IMG/VR virus record: IMGVR_UViG_3300031760_000017
Origin: a virus
Length of the DNA stretch: 64,000 bases
Reading direction: 5' to 3' (one strand)
Notes under the pieces: model-generated
Database searches by the model: none
What the model saw: only the letters and a program-made list of their open reading frames with translations
Told to the model about the DNA's origin: nothing
Shown: piece by piece, positions 50,943-60,336 of the stretch
How positions within the stretch are numbered: the first letter of the stretch is position 1
How the letters are laid out: each line of letters begins with the position of its first letter
Made by a program: the position numbers and the translations under genes

Positions 50943-51528
50943 AAATAAAATTAATAATAAAATGTATATAGGACAAACTTGCCAAAATCCACCATCAAAA
51001 AGATGGAAACCTTGTAATTATAAAGGATCTTCAAGATTTTATAATGCTATTTTAAAATATGGTTGGATTAATTTTGAACATATTATTTTAAAAAAATGTT
51101 CTTCACTATAGGAAGCAAATTAGTAGGAAAGAAATTTTATTAGTCAATATCAAACTACAAATCCAGAATTTGGATATAATATTATGCCGGGTGGCTCTAA
51201 TAAAGAAATTCCTTTATAGGTTCGAGAAAAAATGTCTAAAAATCATAGAGATGTTAAGGGGAAAAATAATTATTTTTACGGAAAACATTTTAAAGGTAAA
51301 GAACATCCATTTTATGGACAACATCATTCGGATGAAACTAAACAAAAATTAAAAAAATCTTTATTAAATAAAAATGGAAAAGCAGTAAAATGCATTGAAG
51401 AAAATAAAAATTTTCCTTCCGCAAGAGAAGCTGCAAGATATTATAATATGAAAACTTCTAGTCACATTTCTGCATGTTGCAATGGCAAAAGACAAACTGC
51501 TAATAAATTTCATTGGGAATATATTTAA
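50902..51528 (+). CDS. GIY-YIG homing endonuclease (Seg/I-TevI-like, free-standing), 208 aa with TAG=Gln
   Basis: YIIYMHKNKINNKMYIGQT...YNAILKYGWINFEHIIL, then NUMOD3-like repeats (GKHFKGKEHPFYGQHHSDETKQK) and a C-terminal helix-turn-helix-like NFPSAREAARYYN. Its start overlaps the ThyX-like 3' end. Confidence 0.7.
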
Positions 51529-51556
51529 TTTTTGATGATGATGAATTTATTTTTAA

Positions 51557-51585
51557 TTGAAAAATAAAAAATAAAATGTTATAAT
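51557..51585 (+). promoter_or_regulatory. sigma70-type promoter with extended -10 (TTGAAA-N17-TATAAT, TGT upstream)
   Basis: -35 at 51557-51562 and -10 at 51580-51585. Confidence 0.6.
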
Positions 51586-51626
51586 ATAATTATAAAATGA
51601 AAATTATATTATAAGGGAGACCAAAA

Positions 51627-51788
51627 ATGAAGCTTGAAGGAAATAGAAAAGAAAAGTTTATACAAATGCTTGAAAAAGAAATCTTCAATGATGAGAGTGC
51701 TTTTATAGAAAACTATGAAGAAGATTGGTATGATTTAGTAATTTTTTTTGAAGATTTAAAAAATGGTCAAATTGTAATTGCATATTAA
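51627..51788 (+). CDS. hypothetical small acidic protein (53 aa)
   Basis: AAGGGAG RBS. MKLEGNRKEKFIQMLEKEIFNDESAF... Confidence 0.4.
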   Translation: MKLEGNRKEKFIQMLEKEIFNDESAFIENYEEDWYDLVIFFEDLKNGQIVIAY

Positions 51789-51800
51789 GAGGAATAAGAA

Positions 51801-52181
51801 ATGACTAAAAAAGAAAGATTTATTGAATTTGTTAATGAACTCATGGAAATGGTAGATATAAACGAATGGGATGAGGATGAAAAAAAAGATTGGAAAGATG
51901 CTTTTGATTTTTTTGAAGAACTTAAAAATAATAAAGTAAAAACCGCAAAAGAAATGACTGAAAACGGTACCAAACTTCTTTCTTGGATGCAAGAGAATAA
52001 AGAAAAAATGTCAAATGTCTTTACATCTAAGGAAGCTGCGGAAGGACTTTTCACAAGCGGCCGCTCTATTGCAGGAACCATGAGAAAGTTAGTAAATGAT
52101 GGTTATGTAAAGAAAACTGGTAAAGACCCTGTTCAGTATTCTTTAACTGAAGCTGGAGAAAATTATCAGTTTGACAATTAA
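51801..52181 (+). CDS. winged-helix (MarR-like) DNA-binding protein
   Basis: C-terminal ...FTSKEAAEGLFTSGRSIAGTMRKLVNDGYVKKTG. Confidence 0.45.
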   Translation: MTKKERFIEFVNELMEMVDINEWDEDEKKDWKDAFDFFEELKNNKVKTAKEMTENGTKLLSWMQENKEKMSNVFTSKEAAEGLFTSGRSIAGTMRKLVNDGYVKKTGKDPVQYSLTEAGENYQFDN

Positions 52182-52199
52182 AAAATTTTTTGTTATAAT
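52171..52199 (+). promoter_or_regulatory. sigma70-type promoter (TTGACA-N17-TATAAT)
   Basis: -35 at 52171-52176 (inside the end of the upstream CDS) and -10 at 52194-52199. Confidence 0.6.
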
Positions 52200-52236
52200 A
52201 TAAAAGTAAAGTTGATTTAATTTAAGGAGAAAATTA

Positions 52237-53238
52237 ATGAAAAAGAACGCAAGATTTATTAACACAGAACGAATTGAAGGATATGTTTATAGTACAGGTA
52301 GTAATTTTAATCAGCTTTCTGAAAGAACGACAGGAGAGAATTCTAAACATCCTGGAACAAAGTATATTGCAGGAGACCTCGATATTGCTGTAGATGAAGA
52401 GGGTCTAAATGTAATTACTATTCATTATACATATGCAACACCGACATATGGTAGTGGTCAAGTAAATAATACATATACAGCTCTTAAAAGAATTATTGAT
52501 AATCCAGATAGAACTTGGATTAATGGCGGTAAAGAAAATGCCTTTAAGGTTCAGTGTACTGGAGTTTCTATTGCAATCAATGATTTTATTGGAGCAGATG
52601 GAAAATTCGTTGCCGCAATTAGAAATGAAGGTGGATTTTGTTCTATCGTAAATGAACTTGGTCCAGAAGCAAATAGAAATACTTTCTCTGCTGATATGCT
52701 TATTACAAAAGTTACTCATATTGATGCAGATCCAGATAAGAATATTGAAAATGATTTCACAACAGTTAGTGGAGCAATCTTTGGATATGGAAAAACAATT
52801 CCTGTTCTTCTTCCTGCTTCATTTACAGTTCGTAGCGAAGGTGGTATGAAGTACTTTGAAAATCTTGATGCTACACCTTCAGACCCCATTTTTACAAAAG
52901 TTTGGGGACGTATTAATTGTATGACTATTAAGGTAAAGAAAACTGAAGAATCAGCTTTTGGTGGTGATTATGTTCAGGAGTCTGAGCGTAAAAGCCGTGA
53001 GTACCTTATTACAGGAACAGCAAAAGTACCATATGATTTTGGTGATGAGGAAGTTCTTACTGCTAATGATGTAAGTACAATGAATCAGAATCGTCAGATT
53101 ATGCTTGCAGAAGTTGAAAGCAGACATAAGGAGCGCCAGGCAGAAAAGGCTGCAAATGGAGTAAGCTTTGAAGCTACTACAAAAGCTCCTTCCGCAACAA
53201 AAGCGGCAGGCGTACCTGAGGGTGGATTTGTATTTTAA
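52237..53238 (+). CDS. hypothetical protein (333 aa); its position suggests a ssDNA-binding or recombination partner of the adjacent ATPase
   Basis: Intact G+C-richer ORF with AAGGAG RBS. No motif recognised. Confidence 0.3.
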   Translation: MKKNARFINTERIEGYVYSTGSNFNQLSERTTGENSKHPGTKYIAGDLDIAVDEEGLNVITIHYTYATPTYGSGQVNNTYTALKRIIDNPDRTWINGGKENAFKVQCTGVSIAINDFIGADGKFVAAIRNEGGFCSIVNELGPEANRNTFSADMLITKVTHIDADPDKNIENDFTTVSGAIFGYGKTIPVLLPASFTVRSEGGMKYFENLDATPSDPIFTKVWGRINCMTIKVKKTEESAFGGDYVQESERKSREYLITGTAKVPYDFGDEEVLTANDVSTMNQNRQIMLAEVESRHKERQAEKAANGVSFEATTKAPSATKAAGVPEGGFVF

Positions 53239-53254
53239 TGAGAGGTAATAAATA

Positions 53255-54295
53255 ATGGCAGATATTAATATTTTTAACATCTAGCCGCATCAGGTTAGCC
53301 GTAATTTAAGAGGATATTCAATCTTCTTTTACGGCTAGCCAAAAAGTGGCAAAACAACAACCGCATCTAAGTTTGAAAAGAATCTTCTTTTAGCTTTTGA
53401 AAAAGGTTATAACGCAATTCCAGGAGTTATGGCACAGCCAATTAATAACTGGGCAGAATTTAGAAAAGTTCTTCGTCAGTTAAAAGACCCAAAAGCTAAA
53501 GATATGTTCTATACTATCACTATTGATACTTGTGATATTGCATATGATTATTGCACAAAGTATATTTGTGATAACGCCTTGAGACCTGATGGCGGTTATG
53601 GTGTAGATAGTATTAGTGATATTCCTTTTGGAAAAGGATATAGTCTTGTATCAAAAGAATTTGACGAATGTCTTAGATCTATTGTCATGATGGACTATGG
53701 TCTAATTCTTATCTCGCACGCAACTGATAAAGTTTTTAAAGACGAAGCTGGAAATGAATATAATAAAATCGTTCCAACCTTAGACAAACGAGCCAATAAT
53801 ATTGTTGCGCGAATGGCAGATATTATTGGATACTCAAGAATCGTTACTGATAAAGAAGGTAATAACTTAACAAAACTTTTTATGCGTGGTACACCGAGAT
53901 ATGAAGCTGGTTCTAGATTTAAATATACACCAAATTATATTGATTTTTCTTATGATAATCTTGTTTCCGCCATAAGTGATGCTATTGATAAACAGGCGCA
54001 AGAAGATGGAAAAGAATTTTTCACGGATAAGAAAAACAATCTTTATGAAGATACAACTAAAGACCTTAATTTTGATGAACTTATGAAAAATTGTAATGAT
54101 TTGATTAAGGGAATGATTGATAATAATTCTGAAGAAGTGTTTAAAGAGTTCTATCAACCTCGTATTGTTCAAATTACTGATCGTTATTTGGGCAGAGGTC
54201 AAAAGATGAGTCAGTGTTCAAGAGAACAAGTTGAAGCTTTGTCTTTAATTTATGATGATCTTCTCTTACTTTCCAAAGAGCCTGCTTCAGAATAA
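53255..54295 (+). CDS. AAA_24 / Sak4-like RecA-type ATPase, 346 aa with TAG=Gln
   Basis: AGAGG RBS and ATG 53255, in frame with track ORF 53429. Walker A FFYG-TAG-PKSGKTT. ITIDTCD (Walker B-like). TAGs only at codons 10 and 28. Confidence 0.65.
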
Positions 54296-54309
54296 TTATA
54301 TATTAAAGG

Positions 54310-54357
54310 CTTGTCAAAGTCCGTTCCTTTGACAAGTCTTTTTTTTTATGTTATAAT
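54310..54357 (+). promoter_or_regulatory. fused terminator-promoter cassette
   Basis: Hairpin CTTGTCAAAG-tccgttc-CTTTGACAAG. -35 TTGACA (54329-54334) lies in the 3' arm. 17-nt spacer. TATAAT at 54352-54357. Confidence 0.7.
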
Positions 54358-54387
54358 ATAATAAGAAATTTTTTAAGGAGATTTTTT

Positions 54388-54900
54388 ATGGCTCATAAAG
54401 TAAAATGTTTGTATTGCGGCGAGCAATTTGATCGAGATATTGAACCAACAAAACAAGTCTCCACACGTAGATATGCTCATTTAAAATGCTGGGAAGAACA
54501 TCTTGCAAATATGTCGCAAGAAGAAAAAGACATAGCAGCATTTTATGATTATACTCGACAATTATTTGGAGAAGATTATAATTATGTTTTAACTAAAAAG
54601 TTAGCTGAAAGATATGTAAAAGAAAATCAATATACATATAGTGGAATGTTAAAAACTCTTAAATGGTATTATGAAAAAGAAGGTCATTCACTTGATAAAA
54701 GTAATGGAAGTATTGGTATTATTCCTTATATATATAAACAAGCATTAAATTATTATTATGCACTTTATCAAGCTCAATTAATAAATAAAGAGAAAGATAT
54801 TTCAAACTTTATATTACCAAAAGAAAGAATTATAGAAATAGAATCTCCACGAGTGTATGTACGTCCGCCGCATTTGTGGCTAGAAGAGGAGGATGAATGA
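54388..54900 (+). CDS. hypothetical protein with N-terminal zinc-finger-like motif
   Basis: CLYCGEQF...HLKCWEEH. Intact ORF. Confidence 0.4.
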   Translation: MAHKVKCLYCGEQFDRDIEPTKQVSTRRYAHLKCWEEHLANMSQEEKDIAAFYDYTRQLFGEDYNYVLTKKLAERYVKENQYTYSGMLKTLKWYYEKEGHSLDKSNGSIGIIPYIYKQALNYYYALYQAQLINKEKDISNFILPKERIIEIESPRVYVRPPHLWLEEEDE

Positions 54901-56441
54901 GTTCAAAATATGTAGACGTATCTGCGAATATGCAGGTAATTGGAGATGTTTTTATAAATCCATCTTTATTAGATTTAGAAGATAAATATAAATTCAATGA
55001 ACAAGATTTTCCTCAAGAATTTCATAGAATTTTATTTGGTTCAATTTATAATCTCCATCAATTAGGAGTAAAACAAATTTCAATTGAAGATATAGAAAAA
55101 TATTTAGAACAACGTCCAAAGAAATACGCAATTTATAAAATGAATAAAGGTTCTGAATATTTAGAGAATATTAAACAAATGTGTCAATTGGCGGCATTTG
55201 ATTATTATTATAATCGAATGAAAAAGATGACTCTATTAAGAATGTATAATAAAACCGTTGGAATGAATTTATCTTGGCTTTATGATCCAGATAATATTTT
55301 AGATGTAAAAAAGAAAGAAGCTCAAGAAACATGGTTTGACAATACCCCTATTAATGAAATTGCTAATCTTATTAATGATAAGATAGAAGAAATAAAATCT
55401 AAATATGTTGATAACTCGGAAGATGAAATCATTCAAGCTGGTGATGGTGCATTAGCTCTGCTTGAAAGATTAAGAAAAAATCCTGAAGTCGGTTATCCTT
55501 TATATGGAAGATTAGTTAATACTATTCATCGCGGGGCTAGATTAAAAAAATTTTATTTGCGGTCAGCCGCAACTGGCGTTGGAAAAACTCGTTCCATGAT
55601 TGCAGACGCTTGTTTTATTGCTTGCAATAAACTTTATAATCTTGAGACTAGACAGTGGGAAGATAATGGAACTCGTGAACCAACTGTATTTATTACAACA
55701 GAACAAGAAGAAGATGAGATTCAAACTATGATGATGGCGTTTTTAGCTAATGTAAACGAGTCTCATATTCTTGAAAATACATATGTTGGAGATGAATGGG
55801 AGCGCGTAACCGAGGCTGCAGAAATTCTTGAAAAAAGTCCATTATATATCAAAAAATTACCAGACTTTTCATTACAAGATATTGAAAATACAATTAAAAG
55901 TAATATCCGCAATCATGGAGTAAGATATGTATTCATGGATTATATTCATTCAAGTATGAAAATTCTTAGTGAGATTAGTTCAAAAGCAGGAGTTAAAGGA
56001 TTAAGAGAAGATAATATTCTTTTTATGATAAGTGTAAGAATTAAAGATTTATGTAATCAATATGGTGTATTTGTAATGTCTGCAACGCAGTTAAATTCTG
56101 ACTATGTAACAGCTCAGCAGTACGATCAGAATCTTCTTCGTGGTGCTAAAGCTATTGCTGATAAAATAGATTGTGGCATGATTATGTTACAGACAAGCCA
56201 AGACGACAGAGAATCTTTAAAAAATATTGTTAATTCAATGGGTATCGAAATGCCTGATATAAAAATGTCTGTCTATAAAAATAGACGTGCTAGATATAAA
56301 GATATATTACTCTGGTGTAAATCAGAACGAGGAACCTGTCGTATTAATCCATTATTTGTAACTAATTATAACTATGAATTAATAGATATAGAAGATTTAA
56401 AAATTACAGTAACACCTAAAATAGAAGCAAGCGCATTTTAA
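54897..56441 (+). CDS. DnaB-like replicative DNA helicase
   Basis: Walker A SAATGVGKT, Walker B VFMDYIH and a RecA-like C-terminal domain. Its size and position next to the primase fit this call. Confidence 0.7.
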   Translation: MSSKYVDVSANMQVIGDVFINPSLLDLEDKYKFNEQDFPQEFHRILFGSIYNLHQLGVKQISIEDIEKYLEQRPKKYAIYKMNKGSEYLENIKQMCQLAAFDYYYNRMKKMTLLRMYNKTVGMNLSWLYDPDNILDVKKKEAQETWFDNTPINEIANLINDKIEEIKSKYVDNSEDEIIQAGDGALALLERLRKNPEVGYPLYGRLVNTIHRGARLKKFYLRSAATGVGKTRSMIADACFIACNKLYNLETRQWEDNGTREPTVFITTEQEEDEIQTMMMAFLANVNESHILENTYVGDEWERVTEAAEILEKSPLYIKKLPDFSLQDIENTIKSNIRNHGVRYVFMDYIHSSMKILSEISSKAGVKGLREDNILFMISVRIKDLCNQYGVFVMSATQLNSDYVTAQQYDQNLLRGAKAIADKIDCGMIMLQTSQDDRESLKNIVNSMGIEMPDIKMSVYKNRRARYKDILLWCKSERGTCRINPLFVTNYNYELIDIEDLKITVTPKIEASAF

Positions 56442-56452
56442 GGAGGATATAT

Positions 56453-56650
56453 ATGCAATATGGTAAGTGTTATAAATGTGCCCATAATGGAATTTGCAGA
56501 ATTTTAATGGCAGAAGCCATATCTTTATTAGGATAGTTTGAACGGCTTTTTAATCAAGCACAAACCAGAAAAACAGATAGTAAATGTATTTTACAAATAG
56601 ATTATACTTGTGAAAATTTTGTAGAAAAGAATAGTAATGAAGATGTATAA
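56453..56650 (+). CDS. small Cys-rich protein (65 aa), one TAG
   Basis: AAGGAGG RBS. MQYGKCYKCAHNGICR...LLG-TAG-FERLF... TAA at 56648-56650 overlaps the primase start. Confidence 0.4.
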
Positions 56651-57737
56651 ATATGATAAAGATACTTTAAAAGAAAATTTATCAATAGAAGAAGTATTTG
56701 ATTTAGTTAGTGAATTGGGCGGTGAACCAATTATGGGCAATGGATTGTTCACCGCTCGTACTATCTGTCATGGCGGCGATAGTCACAAACTTTATTATTA
56801 TGAAAATACTCATTTATTTCATTGTTATACAGGATGCGGGGATGCATCATTTGATATATATGATTTAGTTTTAAGAGTAAATAAAACTGCAGGAATTGAA
56901 GGTTTTTCTCTTTCTAGAGCAATATCATTTGTAGCCAGATATTTTGGATATACAGCTGAAATATTTGATTTTGAAGATAATCAAGATGCTAGTGAAGATT
57001 GGAAAATTATTAATAATTTTAAAAGAAATAAAGAAAAATCTCAACCGCAAATTGTTGAATTAAAAACTTATGATGATAAAATATTAAAATATCTACCTCA
57101 TCCCCACATCTTACCGTGGGAACAAGAAGATATAACATTTGATGTAATGGAATCAAGAGGTATATGTTATAATCCAATAAGCGAAGGAATTGTTATTCCA
57201 CATTATGATATAGATAATAGGTTAATTGGAATTCGAGAAAGAACTCTTATAAAAGAAAATGAGATATATGGGAAATATCGTCCTGCTTATATAAAAGGAA
57301 AACTTTATAATCATCCTCTTGGTTTTAATCTATATAATTTAAACAATAGTAAAAAGACTATTTCTATATTTCAAAAGGCAATTGTTTTTGAAGGTGAAAA
57401 AAGTTGTCTTAAATACGCTTCTTATTTTGGTAAAGATTCAGATATTAGTGTAGCATGTTGCGGCAGTAATTTAATTAATTATCAAGTTAAATTATTAATG
57501 TCTTTAGGAGTAAAAGAAATTATAATTGCTTTTGATAAGCAGTTTCAAAAAATTAGAGATAAGGAATGGGAAAAATGGGTTATTAAATTACAAACATTAT
57601 ATAACAAATACGGAAGTTATGTAAGTATTAGTTACATGTTCGATAAAGATAATTTATTAGGGTATAAAGACTCTCCTATTGATTGCGGTAAAGATACTTT
57701 TATACAATTATTTAATGAAAGGATAAGAATAGAATAA
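56637..57737 (+). CDS. DNA primase (zinc-finger plus TOPRIM)
   Basis: CHGGDSHKLYYYENTHLFHCYTGCG (CHC2-type finger). TOPRIM-like VFEGEKSCLK ... IIAFDKQ. Confidence 0.7.
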   Translation: MKMYKYDKDTLKENLSIEEVFDLVSELGGEPIMGNGLFTARTICHGGDSHKLYYYENTHLFHCYTGCGDASFDIYDLVLRVNKTAGIEGFSLSRAISFVARYFGYTAEIFDFEDNQDASEDWKIINNFKRNKEKSQPQIVELKTYDDKILKYLPHPHILPWEQEDITFDVMESRGICYNPISEGIVIPHYDIDNRLIGIRERTLIKENEIYGKYRPAYIKGKLYNHPLGFNLYNLNNSKKTISIFQKAIVFEGEKSCLKYASYFGKDSDISVACCGSNLINYQVKLLMSLGVKEIIIAFDKQFQKIRDKEWEKWVIKLQTLYNKYGSYVSISYMFDKDNLLGYKDSPIDCGKDTFIQLFNERIRIE

Positions 57738-58135
57738 TGAATATAAAAATTTTTATTTTAATAACGATGATTTTTTGTCATATTGTTGATGATTATTATT
57801 TACAAGGTTGGCTAGCTTCAGGAAAACAAAAATCTTGGTGGGATAAAAACGTACCTAATAAAAATGATTATAATGAATTGTATAAAAATGATTATTTAAT
57901 GGCATTATTTTGTCATAGCTTTAGTTGGTCTTTTATGATTCAGTTACCAATTTTTATTTATAGTTTTTGTTATATGAAAACCTTTTTATGGTCTATTCCA
58001 TTATTTATAATAAATTTAATAATTCATATGTATGTAGATGATTTAAAAGCTAATCAGTTAAAAATTAATTTGATTCAAGATCAAATAATTCATTTTATTC
58101 AAATTATTATAACTTGGATAATTTTATTATATTAA
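57737..58135 (+). CDS. polytopic membrane protein (DUF3307-like)
   Basis: Several TM helices. HIVDDYYLQGW motif. Confidence 0.4.
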   Translation: MNIKIFILITMIFCHIVDDYYLQGWLASGKQKSWWDKNVPNKNDYNELYKNDYLMALFCHSFSWSFMIQLPIFIYSFCYMKTFLWSIPLFIINLIIHMYVDDLKANQLKINLIQDQIIHFIQIIITWIILLY

Positions 58136-58140
58136 ATTAT

Positions 58141-58182
58141 AAGAAGAATTGATTTGACAATTCTTCTTTTTTTTGTTATAAT
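58141..58182 (+). promoter_or_regulatory. fused terminator-promoter cassette
   Basis: Hairpin AAGAAGAATTG-atttgac-AATTCTTCTT. -35 TTGACA at 58154-58159 lies in the loop and 3' arm. TATAAT at 58177-58182. Confidence 0.6.
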
Positions 58183-58216
58183 TATAATGGAATATTATAT
58201 TAAAGGAGATTAAAAA

Positions 58217-58426
58217 ATGAACGCTATTGATTTTAATTATCAAAGACTTATGAATCATATTGAAGGATATATGGCTACATATAATATGACACAGCCACCG
58301 ATTTTATTAATGAGTAATGATACATATAAAATTTTTACTGAAAAAAAATTAACATGTTTTGATTATGATTGTAGAGTTGCAATTGATAATTCACTTCCTT
58401 TTAGGGAGGTTGATTTAGTATCATGA
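58217..58426 (+). CDS. hypothetical protein (69 aa)
   Basis: AAAGGAG RBS and an intact ORF. Confidence 0.45.
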   Translation: MNAIDFNYQRLMNHIEGYMATYNMTQPPILLMSNDTYKIFTEKKLTCFDYDCRVAIDNSLPFREVDLVS

Positions 58427-60204
58427 GATATTAGTTAATAAACAAACCAAATGAAAATTTTTCAACAATACAACAAATATTATATAATAGAGGAATTGCA
58501 GAAAATAAAATTTCACATTATATAAATTTATCAGATTAGGATATTAATTCATTTTTATTATTAGGAGAAGAAAATTTGAAAGAAGCCTTATCTCGTATTT
58601 TACATGCAATTACTCTTAAGAAAAAGACTTTAATAATTGTAGACTGCGATTGTGATGGTTATACATCTGCCGCATTATTAATTAATTATTTATATAAAAT
58701 ATTTCCAACTTGGGTTGAAAGCTATGTAGACTGGTATATGCATGATAGTAAACAACATGGATTAAGTGATTGTATTGATTTTATTTTAGAAAGACAATAT
58801 GAATTAATACTTTGTCCCGATTCAAGTAGTAATGATTATGATAAACATCAATTATTAGCTGAAAATAATATTGATGTTGTTGTTTTAGACCATCATTTAG
58901 CTGATCATATTAGTCCAAATGCGGTAATTGTTAATAATCAACTTTCTGATTATCCAAATAAAGAATTATCAGGAGTTGGAATAGTATGGCAATTTTGTCG
59001 ATATATAGATTCAATATTAGAAGTTAATTATGCAGATGATTTTCTCGATCTTGTTGCTCTTGGAAATTGCGGTGATATGATGTCATTACGGTCTTTTGAA
59101 ACTCGTTATCTAATTACAAAAGGATTCAAAAAATAGAATATTAAAAATCCTTTTATTGACTACATGATTGATAAGAACTCATTTCCTTTATCAAAAGCAG
59201 ATTATGTATCATCAAATCCTGATATGGGATGCACATCTATGGGCGCCGCATTTTTTATTGTGCCATTTGTTAATGCTATTACTAGAAGTGGAACAATAGA
59301 ATAGAAAAACTTACTTTTTAATTCTATGTTAAATCATAAAGCTTTTACAGAAGTTATTTCAAACAAGCGTGGACATAAATTAGGTTAGAAAGAAAAATTA
59401 ATTCTACAAGCAATTAGAACAGTTACGAATGTTAAAAATAGACAAACAAGAGCAGAAGATGCAGGATTAACTATGTTAGAAAAAATGATTGAAACTAACC
59501 ATATGCTTAATCATAAAATTCTTTTATTTTTGTTAGAACCTAATAAAATTGATCCTGAAATTCGTGGTTTAATTGCAAATAAATTTATGGCAAAATATCA
59601 AAGACCTTGTTGTTTATTAACTAAAACTAATAGAAATGGTAAAGAAACTTATGAAGGTTCTATGCGTGGATATACAAAAACTGGGATTGATAGTTTTAAA
59701 GAAGTACTTGAACAATGTCCAGGAGTTTTATATGTAGAAGGACATGACAATGCGGCAGGACTTGGTATAGAAGCAAATCATGTAAGTGATTTTCTTTATA
59801 AAATTGATTAGCTTCTTGAAGATGTCTCTGTTGAACCTATTTATAGGATTGATTATAATTTTAATGAAAAAGAAAATAACAATCAGCGCATTTTAGATAT
59901 TGCAGATATGAATGACTATTGGGGTCAAGATGTAGATAGAGCTTATGTAAATATTAATTTCAAAGTTACTGATTCTAATTTTAAAGTTATGAAAAGTAAT
60001 ACTTTAAAATTTAGTTTACCTAACGGATTATCTATTATTAAATTTAATGGAACTGAAGAAGAAATTACTAGATTTACAACAACAGGGTATCTAGAAGTAA
60101 ACGCTATTTGTAAATGCAATAAAAATTAGTGGAATGGTTGCGTCTATCCGCAACTTATTATGTAGGATTTTGAAATTGTGGATTCTGCTAAATACTACTT
60201 TTAA
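58423..60204 (+). CDS. DHH/DHHA1 phosphoesterase (RecJ-like exonuclease), 593 aa with TAG=Gln
   Basis: The ATG overlaps the upstream TGA (ATGA). Track ORFs 58576, 59473 and 59908 share its frame. Motifs IIVDCDCDG, LILCPDSS, VVLDHHL and EGHDNAAG. TAG at codon 4. TAA at 60202-60204. Confidence 0.7.
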
Positions 60205-60270
60205 TGGCTCGGCGCGCAAACACCCGTACCCAGGAAGCAAAAATGCATTTGGATTTTTTTATTTGCATTT
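60203..60270 (+). repeat. conserved ~68-nt element, copy B
   Basis: AATGGCTCGGCGCGCAAACACCCGTA...TTTGGATTTTTTTATTTGCATTT aligns with 3102-3170. Confidence 0.6.
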
Positions 60271-60277
60271 TTGCTTT

Positions 60278-60306
60278 TTGATTTTTTTATAAAAATTTGT
60301 TATAAT
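60278..60306 (+). promoter_or_regulatory. sigma70-type promoter (TTGATT-N17-TATAAT)
   Basis: -35 at 60278-60283 and -10 at 60301-60306. Confidence 0.6.
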
Positions 60307-60336
60307 ATATATGAATAAAATATTAGGAGAATAAAT

